Positions 52,081 to 63,920 are shown, counted from the whole stretch's first letter. The stretch is DNA of 63,920 nt, filler included, from Welwitschia mirabilis (GCA_051453625.1; 4 parts of one record of this genome joined end to end with filler, not necessarily neighbours in it); one strand, 5' to 3'. Program-made: numbers and translations. The notes: generated by a model from the letters alone, not told the origin.

Positions 52081-52816
52081 AAAACAGTTCTTAAGGAAAT
52101 AAATAATGCTTCTCAGTCCAAACTTGTTTCAAAGATCAAGAAAGAAATACTTCGTTTTCACTATACATCCAAAGTAAAAGAAAATCAAATAGACGTATCA
52201 GGGATCATAAACTGAGAAACTCCTTTCTTATGGATTCTGGAAAAGGCAAAGAAAACTCGTCATTACCCTCTGCTACGTTAAAAAGAAGGAAAGTCTCAAT
52301 CGAAATCATTCTTCAAATATTGTATCAAATGAAACTTGTAGACTACCAACTATCTTTAAATAACTAAACGGAGGAAAAAAAAAAAAAAAACGCAAACTCT
52401 TAGAGGATTGCAGGAAACCGTAAGATATGACTTCTCCCAATTCGAGAAAATTCCATATGTATGAAAACCATAGACTCTCAACAACCTCAAAACAACTAAA
52501 TCAAAATTGTGGAGCCTTAAGAGGACTGCTAGAAACTCTTGAGTAAAAGATAGTATCTGCCGATCCAAAGCATTTCAATTTACAATTCTAATTTTATTTC
52601 CACTAAATCATCAAAGATCTACTAATTTGAAGGCCAAAGCTTCAATCCTGTACAAGTCACTATAAGGATCTTCAAGTCTCGATGTCGCTTCTCAGTCCAA
52701 CCAATTATTCAAATTTCCAGAATATCATGACATCCTCTGCAAGATCCGCAAAGAAAACATGCATTACCTTTCTCTTGCGAGTCTGCCAAGTGTTTTCGCT
52801 CTAATCTTCGAACAAG

Positions 52817-52882
52817 CCCTAATTCACGAGGCAAATAACCAAACATAAGACTCTTCTTAACACCATCTGCTGTGACTGCTTT
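52817..52882 (-). pseudogene. Possible HIRAN-domain exon fragment (plant FAN1/RAD5-like)
   Basis: KAVTADGVKKSLMFGYLPRELG in ORF 52709-52921 resembles the HIRAN GYLPRELA motif and is preceded by a pyrimidine tract and AG. Short match only. Confidence 0.35.
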
Positions 52883-53844
52883 TAAAGAAGCAACAGAGAA
52901 ATTATAAAAGAGTTGAAGCAACAGCTACAAGGATGCGTTGAACAATGAAATGCAATTGTAAAAAGATCGACATGGCTCAAATCATTGAATCTAAGATTTT
53001 TGAATTGCCAAAGCAAAACCTCCTACAAATTCTGAATTACAAAATGTCATCGTTAAATACGAAGCATTTTCCCTATTGATGTTCTTGCTCATTAAATACG
53101 TGCCTCGGACGTTGGTTCATAACAAATACTCATGAAAAATTTGTATGATGTACGCTCAGAGGGCACGGTGAAGAAGCCCTAAGACTCTTATCTCAACATT
53201 CTCGTCCTTGGTTCAAAGTCTAATCGCTTTGTTATTGAAACTGTACTGAGTGCACACATTATCTTAGCTTCTGTGAAGCAAAAAAGATCGACATGTACTC
53301 TGTTAAGCATGGATTCCACAGAAATCATGGCTAATTTCATCCATTTCAAGATGTGCAAGGTGTGTTTGACAATATATCTGAATACAATTTGGTCTGTTAT
53401 ACTGCAACGATAGCGGGAACAACATGATTTCTGCAATGATAGCAGGTTATGTTTACAATAGCATGATTTCTGTTAAAACATGAAATGTTTTTAAAGAAAT
53501 GCAGTTAAGTGAAATTATGCCAAATTCAAAGCTTCTTGCAATTATTTTGAGACCCTATTAATGTTTCCAATAGACTGAACAAATCCATAGGTTCTTTGTT
53601 AAAGTTGGACTTTACTGTTGCAGTTTTTCCCTTGGCAATACTATTATCTCTTAAGATAGTTTTTTCTTTTATGTAAATGACTTAACATTATTGTAAGAAG
53701 AGGTTTAGGTCTATTCTAGGAAGTATTTTCACAACTTAGATTGTTACAAAAGCTTCTAGTTATCTTATTCAACTAATAAGACCACTTAGGCTCTGATGTT
53801 GTAACGACTCAGTAGAGACTACGCCTAGCCAAATCACACCCATA

Positions 53845-53856
53845 GCTTTGATACCA
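53845..53856 (-). other. Primer-binding site, tRNA-iMet type (Tekay-type element)
   Basis: Plus-strand gctttgatacca is minus-strand TGGTATCAAAGC (one mismatch to TGGTATCAGAGC), 3 bp from the LTR at 53860. Confidence 0.88.
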
Positions 53857-53859
53857 AAA

Positions 53860-55801
53860 TGTAACACCCAACTTTTCATAATCAAAAAATGTTACTTTTC
53901 AAATTCCATTAAAATTGCAACACCTAACTTTTTATAACAGAAAAACATTACTTTGCTTGAAAAGTTATTATAAATTAAATCACATGTGGCCCATCCTTCT
54001 CAAGAGATTATAACTTCTCTATAATAATGATAATAATAGTAACTCTCCCTAATATGGTCTTCTCCTTTCTTAATTTAAAAGTAACCTACTATAATAATGT
54101 TTAATTCAAAGTAATTATGGGATAATAATACTTCTATTAAATCAATAACTATTCTAACAAGTTATAAGAAAACTGACAATGAAAATATAGAGAATTTTAA
54201 TAAGTAAAATCAGAATTCATTACATCTATTATTATAAGATCAAGAAGGTTTAACCAAAAATACACATAATTCAGTTTGGACAGAATTCTCAATATCACAA
54301 TAATTACATTATTGAAATTTTAGGACTCACAAAAGAACTACAAATTTCACTCTAAGCTAAATATTTCAACATAAACTAGAATAATAATCTCCATTTCTTT
54401 ATGCCCTCTTCGGTATTGAAGCTTCAATTTTACCACCTCTTTACATAAGAAATATGGAATGAGAACCATGCATTATGGTCCAGGTAATGTAAGGTAAAGA
54501 TTTGAAGAAATCCATGTCTCAAGATGAAGATTAGGAAATTCCAAGTATCAAGATAGTTAAGCTAGATCCAATAATATCAATGATGATCTTACAAAAATGA
54601 TATGAGAATTAACTGGTTTTTCAATAAATTGTTCATCATACTCACTACCTCATTCAGTGATCTATGGAGTCCATTGCTTCATTCGGTGATCTGTGGATTT
54701 CTCATATTATTTTTCATATATTCTCTTACTCCACTACTTCGTTTGGTGATCTTTGAAGCCACTACCTCATTCAGCAATTTGTGGTTCAATCAATCAATTC
54801 CACTACCTCATTCTGCGATCTGTGAGTTCTCACATTTTATTACCTTATTCAGCGATCTGTGGAATAAAAGATTACAAGAATCTAAGATATTGAGAGAAAT
54901 ATGAGTAAGGTATATTAACAAAACATAAATCCTCCACAATAATAACTTGGATTTAGATTCATAAAGATGTCGTTAAGAAGAAAATAGTAGAAGCTAAGAT
55001 TTATACCTCGGAATGCATCTATTCGAGTATTGATAACACACACACCTAGCATCTTTATAATATTTGCTAGAAAACAGATACAATAGAAATGCATAAAAGG
55101 ATGCATAAAAGGAAAGGACCAATCAAGAAAGCAAGAATGAAATGAGACCATACCCGTATGTAGTTGTAGTTCTTCAAGACTTTAAGGCTCTTTTTGGATT
55201 CCAAAGCTCCAAGGTTTTTTAGCTTTAAGCTGAAATCATCAAGATCCAATAATGAGTGCTTGCTTGAAGATATGTAAAATACAAGAAGAGGGGAGTCTTA
55301 TTTGTAGTATGAGGATGTCGGGGTTATGAGGATACTCAAGAATACAAAGAGACACCATCATGAGATGGAGGTGGTGAAGGTGGCGGGGGTTTCATAGTGC
55401 CTCATCATTACTTGCTTGACTACTAGGCGCATTTTAATTCATTATGATAAATAAGAATGCTTAATTCTACCACATGAAATTAAAACAATGGAGAATTAAA
55501 ATAAGTCATCAGATAATAATAGTTTTCCATGTAAAAATTAAGAAAAGTGCAATGATCATACAAAGAAAATAATATTAATGCAACCACAAATTTAGCCACT
55601 AGAGATCATTCTTGTTAAGGGTTACAACAAAATAATATAAAGGATATTATAAAATGCAAGGACTTAAAAGCACAAAATTTCCCACAATATAGTGTCATCT
55701 CAATAACACAATATCTATATCAGCTTGAGGATTCTATAATGATAAAATTATTTTAATTTTTTAAGCTAAATCTTTGGACCTTCAAAAAATTGAACGTGAC
55801 A
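53860..55801 (-). repeat. 5' LTR of the Tekay-type element (1942 bp) with internal ccactacctcattcagcgatctgtgga-like repeats (about 54643-54865)
   Basis: TG..CA termini, adjacent PBS, followed by the TSD CTCTT. Confidence 0.88.
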
Positions 55802-58526
55802 CTCTTGTTAAGGAACTTAAGGAGATATCTCTTTATAAAGATCATGGCTTACTTGTATTCTTTCTTGAAAGCTACCAAGCATCAGAGTGATAAAGCCTTA
55901 ATGGGGCTTTAATAGCCACTATTGGGGAAGAAGCTCAAGGAATATTTGTTGATTTAATATCAATTTTTAAGTGTTTTAATTCTTATTTCAATAATAGAAA
56001 CTACTTCATTTATTATATTTAATACTTTTTTCCCTAGATATTTCATCTATATTTCTATTTCTATTTGGAAACATAATCATAAAGTGTTCTTAGGATTTTG
56101 TGTACTAGCTTTACATCATAGCGCTAATTGGATTGTTTTGCATCTAGAACCTATCATAGCATACTATAATTTTGTATTGTTGGTTACTCTTTGTCAAAGC
56201 AATCATATATTTTATTCCTTTTCTCTCTTTTTTCCACCATTCTTCTCATTTCTTCTAATACATTTCTCACAACTTCATCTTTTTCCTTAAGCAAATGATG
56301 CTGAATTTCTATTTACTTATTTTTAATAGAAGTAGTTTAATTTATAAATATGTTATTTATTTATTTATTTCTAAAATTAAAATTGTGTATTTTGTATTGA
56401 TTCTTCTCTTTTCTTCCTCATCTTCTCAAAAGCGAAATAGACTAGTAATTTTCAGTGCTTCCTTTGGTCATAACACTTTTTATAAAACTCTAATGTTTTT
56501 TAAATTTTATTAGTAGCTTCTATACATAATTTAGAAACTTTCATTCTTAATGCATTAGAACCCACATTTAACCTCTAAAACCCCAATTTTGGCCATTTAT
56601 AAGTAAAGTTGCAATCGTATTTAGAAACTTTTTTGATATGTGAAATCTTAATTTTCTTTTTTTTCGCATGGTAAATTTTTCTATCATTATTAATGTATTT
56701 TTAGAATATTAAGATCCTATGTAATAATATTTCTTGAGTAATTTGAAAATAAGTAATCCAAGTTTTCTCAAGTTTTCTAGTTTGCTTAATAGTCATTGTC
56801 AAGATAAAGTTGACTATAGTTGTTACATCTTTTGTCTATGCAATATGTTTATTTTGATTTGAATTGATTCTACTTATTTTTAATGTATACTTTTAGAAAC
56901 TTATTTTAGGACATATTCTATGTATTTTGAAGGCTTTACTAATTTATAAGTCTATTTTTCTGAATTTCTTCTCTCTTTTCTCTGTCTTCTTTATTTTTTT
57001 TCTTTTTTAATGAAAATAGCTTAAAATTGCTAAGTGTTACTTTGATTTTATAAACATTTATATATGATTTTTATCAAATACTTATTGATTTGGAACCTAA
57101 TTTAGATGGTTTATTTCTTTTATAACTTATTCTATGATAAGCTAAGAGTTATCTTTGAAGTCAAATGTATCAAAATTTAGTGAAAATATTATTTGAGTCT
57201 AAATGCTATGTTAGCTTGAAGAATATCATTTTTAAAGTGCTATATTTTGATTCTAAGATATTATAAATTTTGTATATAATTGAATGAGATGTTTGAATTA
57301 CTCATTTATGTCCATATTATATGATTTCAAGTAATGAACTTTGCTAAGAAAATTCTTTTGTATAAAATGACTTTACTAGATTTAACTATCTAAATTCTCT
57401 TACTTGTTCATTTGAGTTATGAATAATCTTTAGAATCATAGTAAATTTTTATAAAAGATTATTTCTTTTTATTTTATTATATCTTTCCTTTCATTTCTTA
57501 TAAAATTATGCTTTTGACACATGTAGTTCTTCATGATAACTTTAAGCCATGTGTTTTAATTACTTGTATGTCACTTAAGAGAAATAGTTAGCTTTATCAT
57601 GTAAAGTAACAACTTAATAAGATAATATTAATATTTTTATATAAAGCCATGTCAAGTGTTTATCAGTTTAATACTCATGTGACTTCATAATATATGCAAT
57701 TTAACCTAGAAGATACATTAATGCTTTAATTTGAACTGTTTATATTTGATTTTATTTCATTGAATTGAATTATTATGTTAAGTAGACATTTATATTTTCA
57801 AAGGTTCAAAATGTAAATTTCTCATTTTAATAATTGAGTTGTTTTCATTGTTCAATTCTAGATAAATTATCTAAATAAAGAAGTCCAAGAATAAAGATTG
57901 AATGTCAAGAGAACTCCAAGAAGCAAAACAAGAAGAAGAATAAAAATAAGTACCTAAAGTCCATTTTCTAACTCATTGTTAAGGCCATTCTTGTTCTTAG
58001 TCTCCTACTATCATTACAAAAAGAAAGGTGAAAATCCCACTAGAAAAGCATCTTATGTACTTTCTTTTTCATCTCCTTCTTCTCCTCCTCTTTATCATCA
58101 TTCCTACTCCACTTTAAGTAACACATTTCTAGAATAAGTTTCTAAAAACTTAAAATAATTAAATAAGAAATCTTTGGAATAAGATGAAAAAGATTTTGAA
58201 GAAGCAAAATTAAATATCCAACAAGTAAGAATAAATTGACAAGAAGTGTAAGAAAGTGATTTCTCATTAAAGATCCATTAGTGGGAACATATTCCACTCT
58301 TCACTTTGTAATTTTTCCTATGAATTTTTAGATGTACTTTGTCTTGTTTTGTGTTTTTCTTATTTTACATGCCCTTCTCTTTGATTCAATGGTTTTTTAA
58401 TTTAGCAAAATTATTCTCTTTTATTGCCATATGCATCTTAAATCTTTTGCACAATTTTATTCTCATATACATTTCAACTTTCATTTCATTAACTTTGGGG
58501 ATAAAGTTAGATTGAGTTGGGAGGAG

Positions 58527-59788
58527 TATTGCATTGCCAAATTATATATATTTGATATAGTATTTTGAGTAGTTTTGTAGGACATTAGATAGGTTTATGC
58601 TGAGTTTCAATGATAATGGAGATCTAAGATAAATATCACAAAAACATGTAATCCTCATTACATTTGATAGTATTTAAAGCAAATTACAATACTTCCTATT
58701 TGAAGTAGCAATCTTATAATCAAAGAGGATAATCCAACCCAAGAAATATCTATATGAAGTTCATCATCCACCTCATCATTTGGACAATCGTACAGATAAT
58801 AAAAGTACTTATGTTAATAAGGAAACTTAATAGATTAATCTAATAGCTAATGTGGATCTTGTATGATGTGGCATCATCTCCTATGATATCCAGACAATCA
58901 ATAAGATGATAACTAAAAATAATGCTTCACCAAACTTCACCAAACTTTTGCCATGTGTATTGCACCTTCTTACATAGTTGTTAGGGTTTTTACCACGTCT
59001 ATTAGTGTTTGCTATTTTTAGAGTCTATTTTGTAATATACTTCTTTCATCCTTAGCTTTAATTTTACCTTTTTTGGTACTAAAAATTCGTATGACATGAG
59101 ATCGAAAAATAGGAGTTCATCCCTTGCTGTTGTAAAGAGACATCTTCCTTGGTATTGGGTTATGTATCCTTCATTGAGGTATTGCTGTTTTGTAACATGA
59201 ATGTTAGTTCGACTTAATCAAAACTCTAGTTTTCTTTTTATATCTTTTGTTATGTACATATCCCTTATGGTTTATATGGCTTTTAATTTTGTAACAGCTT
59301 CATCTGTGATATATATCATAAAGGAAACCTTTATTAAGATTAAGATTATTAGTTTAGGTGCATTGCATTTCATTTTCTAGATTAATTTTGCATTGTTTTC
59401 ATATTCTGTTTGATGCACCCGATAGCTTAGGTTGGTGTTGGTTTGATGATAGCTTTCCTTGATTGATCTAGGTTATACAGGGCCAATCTCCATGATAGGT
59501 TAATTTGGTAATGAGATAAATGTTATATTTAAAATAGAACTTGCATTCCATTTGCATAGTATGCTTATTTGCATTGTTATTTTACATTGTTATTATTCTA
59601 CTTAGAAATTACATGAGTGTTTCATTTTAAAATTAATTCTCTTTATTATCACCTATGTCTTTGATGGAATTACAACATTTGGATTACTCTCATCTATATT
59701 TGTATGTTATGTTGTGTAATATATATATTTTGATGGTTTTTAGGATTTGTTTGAGAATTTAACATTTTCACAAATATGCACCAAAACA
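58527..59788 (+). repeat. Athila-like LTR with a PPT upstream and a PBS downstream
   Basis: PPT gagttgggaggag 58514-58526, LTR tattgcattgccaaatt...caccaaaaca, PBS tagtgcctttactaggaa 59792-59809. Reverse-complement similarity to 18829-20066. Confidence 0.72.
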
Positions 59789-62397
59789 TCTTAGTGCCTT
59801 TACTAGGAAAGGCTACTTGGAATTTAAGGATTATCATTTCTCAGATAAATAGTTTGAATTTCAGTTCAAGTATTTATCTAAAGTAGAATTGTATTCTTAT
59901 AATAGAAATGTAGGTTTTTCTTTTCATATTTTCTAATTTGCATTCCGAAAATAATGCCCTATCATCCCTCTCCTTTTTCTAGGTGATGTGTGATGATGAC
60001 AACCTATGAAACTTAGGGCTTTTCATTTTCTTAAAAACTAAGATTTTCTTATTGTTTTATTTGTCATCTAGATAATTTAACAAATGACTATCAATGTTTA
60101 TTTTGTATTATTTCATGATTCTATTTTTCTATGTTTTTAGTTTTCAGGTTTTTTTGGTCTGCTATCATCTAGGTACAATCATCTAGATGCCCACAACGAC
60201 AATGTTTGCAAAAATAGAACTAATCATATTAGGACATGGTAAACTTAGGTAAAAAGATGAAATATCAGAGAGAGCAACTATTAATCAAAGAAAACATTTG
60301 AGAAAGTTTGATCAACCATGAANNNNNNNNNNNNNNNNNNNNNNNNNNNNNNNNNNNNNNNNNNNNNNNNNNNNNNNNNNNNNNNNNNNNNNNNNNNNNN
60401 NNNNNNNNNNNNNNNNNNNNNNNNNNNNNNNNNNNNNNNNNNNNNNNNNNNNNNNNNNNNTTACAATGTTAAATTATATGAAAAAATAGAAACAAGTTGC
60501 TTCATCTAATCCTCCTATTATGATCGAAACCTCTACTACTCCCATAATTAAAATGATAATTTCACTCTTAAAGAATTAATTACAAATAAAAGGCATGAAA
60601 TCCAAAATCCTTTTGACCTATTTCCTCATGATGACGTTGAGTTAGTGTTATATTAGAAGAAAATAAAAGAATAAAAATGTCTTAATTGATATAAGAGCGA
60701 GGGTTAACATTATGACTTTATACATTTATCAACAACTTTGTTTGAAAAATAAAATTGAGCCTACACATATTATCTTAGAATTGGTGGATACATCAGTGAA
60801 GAAACCTTTAAGAATAATAAAAGATTTGATGATATAAATTAAAAAAGAATTCTATCCAATAGATGTGATTGTGATTGAATTTGAACATAATGGAGGATAT
60901 TCACTACTTCTAGATAAAGCATTTTGTGTAATAGCCTATTGTATTATTGATACAAGAACTAGAATGATGGAATGTTACTTAGGAAATAAAAAGTTTACCA
61001 TTAGAGTTTTTAGTGCTATTAAAAAGGATTTAGGTGATGATTTGAATATTAAAAGAGAAATTAAGCCAATACTATTTTTATAACAATGTCCACTTAAAGA
61101 AAGATGATTAATGCTTCGTGAGCCTACCTTGTTTGATGATCCAATTGAGGTAGAAAAGTTGAAAGTCTTTAATAATGATCAAATCAATTATGAGCATTTA
61201 GGTACTAACTATTTTGATCAAGAGACTGAATAAACTAAAACTATAATCTATAAATAAGTTTAACATTTGAAAACAACTATGATTTCTTATTTTAACTGAG
61301 GTCATCCACCCCAATCATCTAGATGACAGTTTGAGACAATGATTAAATTTGAGTAAAATTTAACAAAAAAGAAAAATCTAAATTTAAATCTGAAATCTTT
61401 ACCTAGTGGACTAAAATATATCTTTTTGTATAATGATGAGAACATAACTTTAATAATAAATGAGGATATTTTCCCTTCATAATAACCAATTTTGACCTCA
61501 CTTTTGAATTATAAGGTTAATGCATTTGCTTGGTCCCATAAAGATTTAACAACCATTCCTACTTCTATTATTTAACATAAAATCTACCTTGATAATAAGG
61601 CAAAACCTATTAGATAACCCTAACGTAGAGCAAATTCAGTCCTTAAACAAGTAGTAAAGGATGAAATTATTAAATTAATAGATGCTAGAATTATTTATGC
61701 CATACTTGCCCTTTAATGGTAGTGCCTAAGAAAGATGGGAAGTGGAGAATGCGTATTGATTTTAGAAAACTAAATAAAGTAATAAAGAGAGACCATTGTC
61801 CTTTAACTTTTCTTGACTAGGTACTTGATAGAATCTAAGGACATGCCTTTTATTACTTTCTTGATGGGTATAGTAGCTACAATCAGGTTTGTATAGCTAG
61901 TAAGGATTAAGCTAAAACTACTTTTACTTCAACTTTTGGAACTTTTACCTTTAGATGCATGCCTTTGGANNNNNNNNNNNNNNNNNNNNNNNNNNNNNNN
62001 NNNNNNNNNNNNNNNNNNNNNNNNNNNNNNNNNNNNNNNNNNNNNNNNNNNNNNNNNNNNNNNNNNNNNTGTTTAATGACCCATTTGAAGTAAAAAAATT
62101 GAAAGCTTTGGATGATGATCTACTTAACTATGAGCATTTAGGAACTGATTGTTTTAATCAAGAGTCTGAAGAAACTGAAACTATACTCTCTAAAGAAGTT
62201 CAATATCTAAAAACAATTAAGATTTCATATTTTAAGGGAGGTCATTCACCCTAATCTTCTAGATGATGGTCTAAGACAATAGTTAACTTTGATAAAAACT
62301 TTATAGAAACTAAAAATCTAAAATTAAATCTAAAATCTTTACATAGTGAACTAAAATATATCTTTCTGTGTGATGATCAGAATAAATCATTTATAAT
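58527..62397 (+). mobile_element. Athila-like element E (LTR, PBS, internally deleted gag, protease, RT start) plus a fragment of a related copy after the gap
   Basis: gag start near 60237, LIDIRARVNIM near 60680, ORF 60865-61083, RT WRMRIDFRKLNKVIKRDHCPL..FLDGYSSYNQ..TFGTFTFRCMPFG (61740-61969). 62071-62397 is a diverged repeat of about 61131-61460. Confidence 0.82.
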
Positions 62398-62497
62398 NNN
62401 NNNNNNNNNNNNNNNNNNNNNNNNNNNNNNNNNNNNNNNNNTTAATTAATTAANNNNNNNNNNNNNNNNNNNNNNNNNNNNNNNNNNNNNNNNNNNN
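62398..62497. other. Artificial scaffold linker N44-TTAATTAATTAA-N44
   Basis: Linker at 62442-62453 with 44 N on each side. Confidence 0.97.
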
Positions 62498-63920
62498 ATT
62501 CATTTGATATTAGTATGATTCCAAGCAAAATCTCCTTTTCTTTTGATTAACATTATTTTAAGTCTTCTCTTTTGAGAATGAGTTAAACAAATGTTTATGA
62601 TTAAAGGTCTATTAAAGGATATCTCAATATTCTCTAATACTTTCTTAAGAGAAGGTTTTTCTATTACTTTAATCACTAGATCTTCTTCTTCATATTTATT
62701 CTCATTTTTTTTATTTAACATTAGATTAACTTACTAAGTTAAAATTACATTAGTTCTTATCTGAGTGTTCGGTAACATTTATTTAATAGCTATTACATTA
62801 AAAATCTTAATTTCTTTTTAATATTTCCAAGACTACTTTTCATTACCCCTCTTCTATAGTAAATAGTAGCATCTANNNNNNNNNNNNNNNNNNNNNNNNN
62901 NNNNNNNNNNNNNNNNNNNNNNNNNNNNNNNNNNNNNNNNNNNNNNNNNNNNNNNNNNNNNNNNNNNNNNNNNNNATTTATTTAATAGCTATTACATTAA
63001 AAATCTTAATTTCTTTTTTAAGATTTCCAAGACTAATTTTCATTACCCCTCTTCTATAGTAAATAGTAGCATCTACAGTAGCCATTCATGGTCTTCAAAG
63101 AATTATTGTGTAGGTATCTGCTTGAGTTTTCATAACCAATGAGTTTATTAAATAAATAAAACCTTGACATTCTATAAGTATATCCTTTAAAACTACTTCT
63201 AGTATAACTACTGAGCCATCTACTAGGTAAAATTTTCCTTGGTGAGGCACTAGTTTTGGTTTTTCTAATTCCTCATAAGTTTGATAGGCCATAACATTAA
63301 TACTTGCTCTAAGATCTACAAGTGCTTTAGCTTTGAATTTCTTGTTTATTTTCACATAAATTATAGGTGTTCTGGGATTACTATATGTTTCATATTGTCT
63401 ATTTTGAATAACTTGTATGAAAGCCCAAGAAAATTGGTCTTTCACTATCACTTTAATTTGTTTTTATTTCTTATTCATATTTTTACTTTTCTATTTTGAG
63501 CACATGCTCTTAATTTTCTTCCAGTACATAAGTACATCCTTTAACAATTTTTAAAGAGGTATTATCATATTTGTATCTTTTGATATTCTGGTTAAGTATT
63601 TTATATCTTTTTCAACTTTTGGATGTTTTATTTATTTACTTCTCATAGGAAAGAGTAAAGAATTTGATGAAGTATCATTTACAATTTTTCTTTCAGTCTT
63701 TTCCTCTCTTTTATCTCTGGAGTTGTTTGAATTCTCATTCTTTTTTGTGATTTATATATCACTTTCTATTTTCTAGATCTAGTAGTTACTGTTTTACATG
63801 TCGCCTCTCTAGGAGTTCGTTTGGATTAAGTAGGAATTTTTCCTTCTTTCTTTTTCATTTTTGATTTTTCTCTTTGGTATTTTGAGTTTCTATTTTTCAA
63901 TTTTCTATAATAATAATATT
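62498..63920 (-). mobile_element. Ty3/gypsy gag-tail, protease and pre-RT spacer fragment of a different family (Athila/Tat clade)
   Basis: ORF 63095-63451 reads KALVDLRASINVM..YLVDGS..VLKDILI, followed by IL*RPWMAT. ORF 62500-62721 ends DFAWNHTNI (pre-RT FAW motif). Confidence 0.75.

Larger units (their letters stand above)
42167..55801 (-). mobile_element. Tekay/Del-type chromovirus-derived non-autonomous LTR retrotransposon carrying host gene fragments
   Basis: LTRs tgtaacacc...gtgaca at 42167-43346 and 53860-55801. Perfect TSD CTCTT (42162-42166 and 55802-55806). PBS TGGTATCAAAGC (53845-53856, minus) and PPT AAGGGGTAGAGAAA (43347-43360, minus). Confidence 0.9.
40345..56118 (+). mobile_element. 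Short non-autonomous gypsy element (CRM-like TGAT..ATCA LTRs; about 2.1 kb without the nested insertion)
   Basis: LTR1 40345-41108, decayed Met PBS tcatatcaaagc 41111-41122, about 600 bp internal acidic ORF relic, PPT ggtggagagta 41702-41712. LTR2 runs 41713-42166 and resumes at 55807-56118. Flanks tagta/tagcg are compatible with a deaminated 5-bp TSD. Confidence 0.7.

Noticed and set aside
48900-53600. Pack-MULE, CACTA or Helitron boundaries around the cargo
   Set aside because: I found no convincing terminal inverted repeats, CACTA ends, or Helitron hairpin-CTRR end by eye. Not excluded computationally.

Overview
This is AT-rich plant (angiosperm-type) heterochromatin from a gapped draft assembly. 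I see no intact protein-coding gene, RNA gene or CRISPR array; almost all of it is old, deaminated LTR-retrotransposon sequence. Positions 1-33.5 kb and 58.5-62.4 kb hold at least five copies of one Athila-like Ty3/gypsy family with a decayed tRNA-Asp PBS. One copy is the full gag-PR-RT-RH-INT-env-like type, and two are gag-protease-only. Positions 40.3-56.1 kb form a multi-level nest. A short TGAT..ATCA (CRM-like) element is split by a 13.6-kb Tekay/Del-type element (42167-55801, minus strand, perfect CTCTT target-site duplication, tRNA-Met PBS, PPT), and a gag-only Sirevirus-like copia element (44159-~48315) sits inside that. The Tekay-type element shows no recognisable gag/RT/integrase. Instead it carries about 4.5 kb of host-gene fragments: an LRR-III receptor kinase piece that apparently lacks its intron, a DUF247 C-terminus, a HIRAN-like motif and an unidentified acidic ORF. 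This cargo-carrying LTR element is the most interesting object in the window. Three N44-TTAATTAATTAA-N44 blocks are artificial scaffold linkers, and several gap flanks are redundant. All family assignments come from motif recognition by eye, not database searches.
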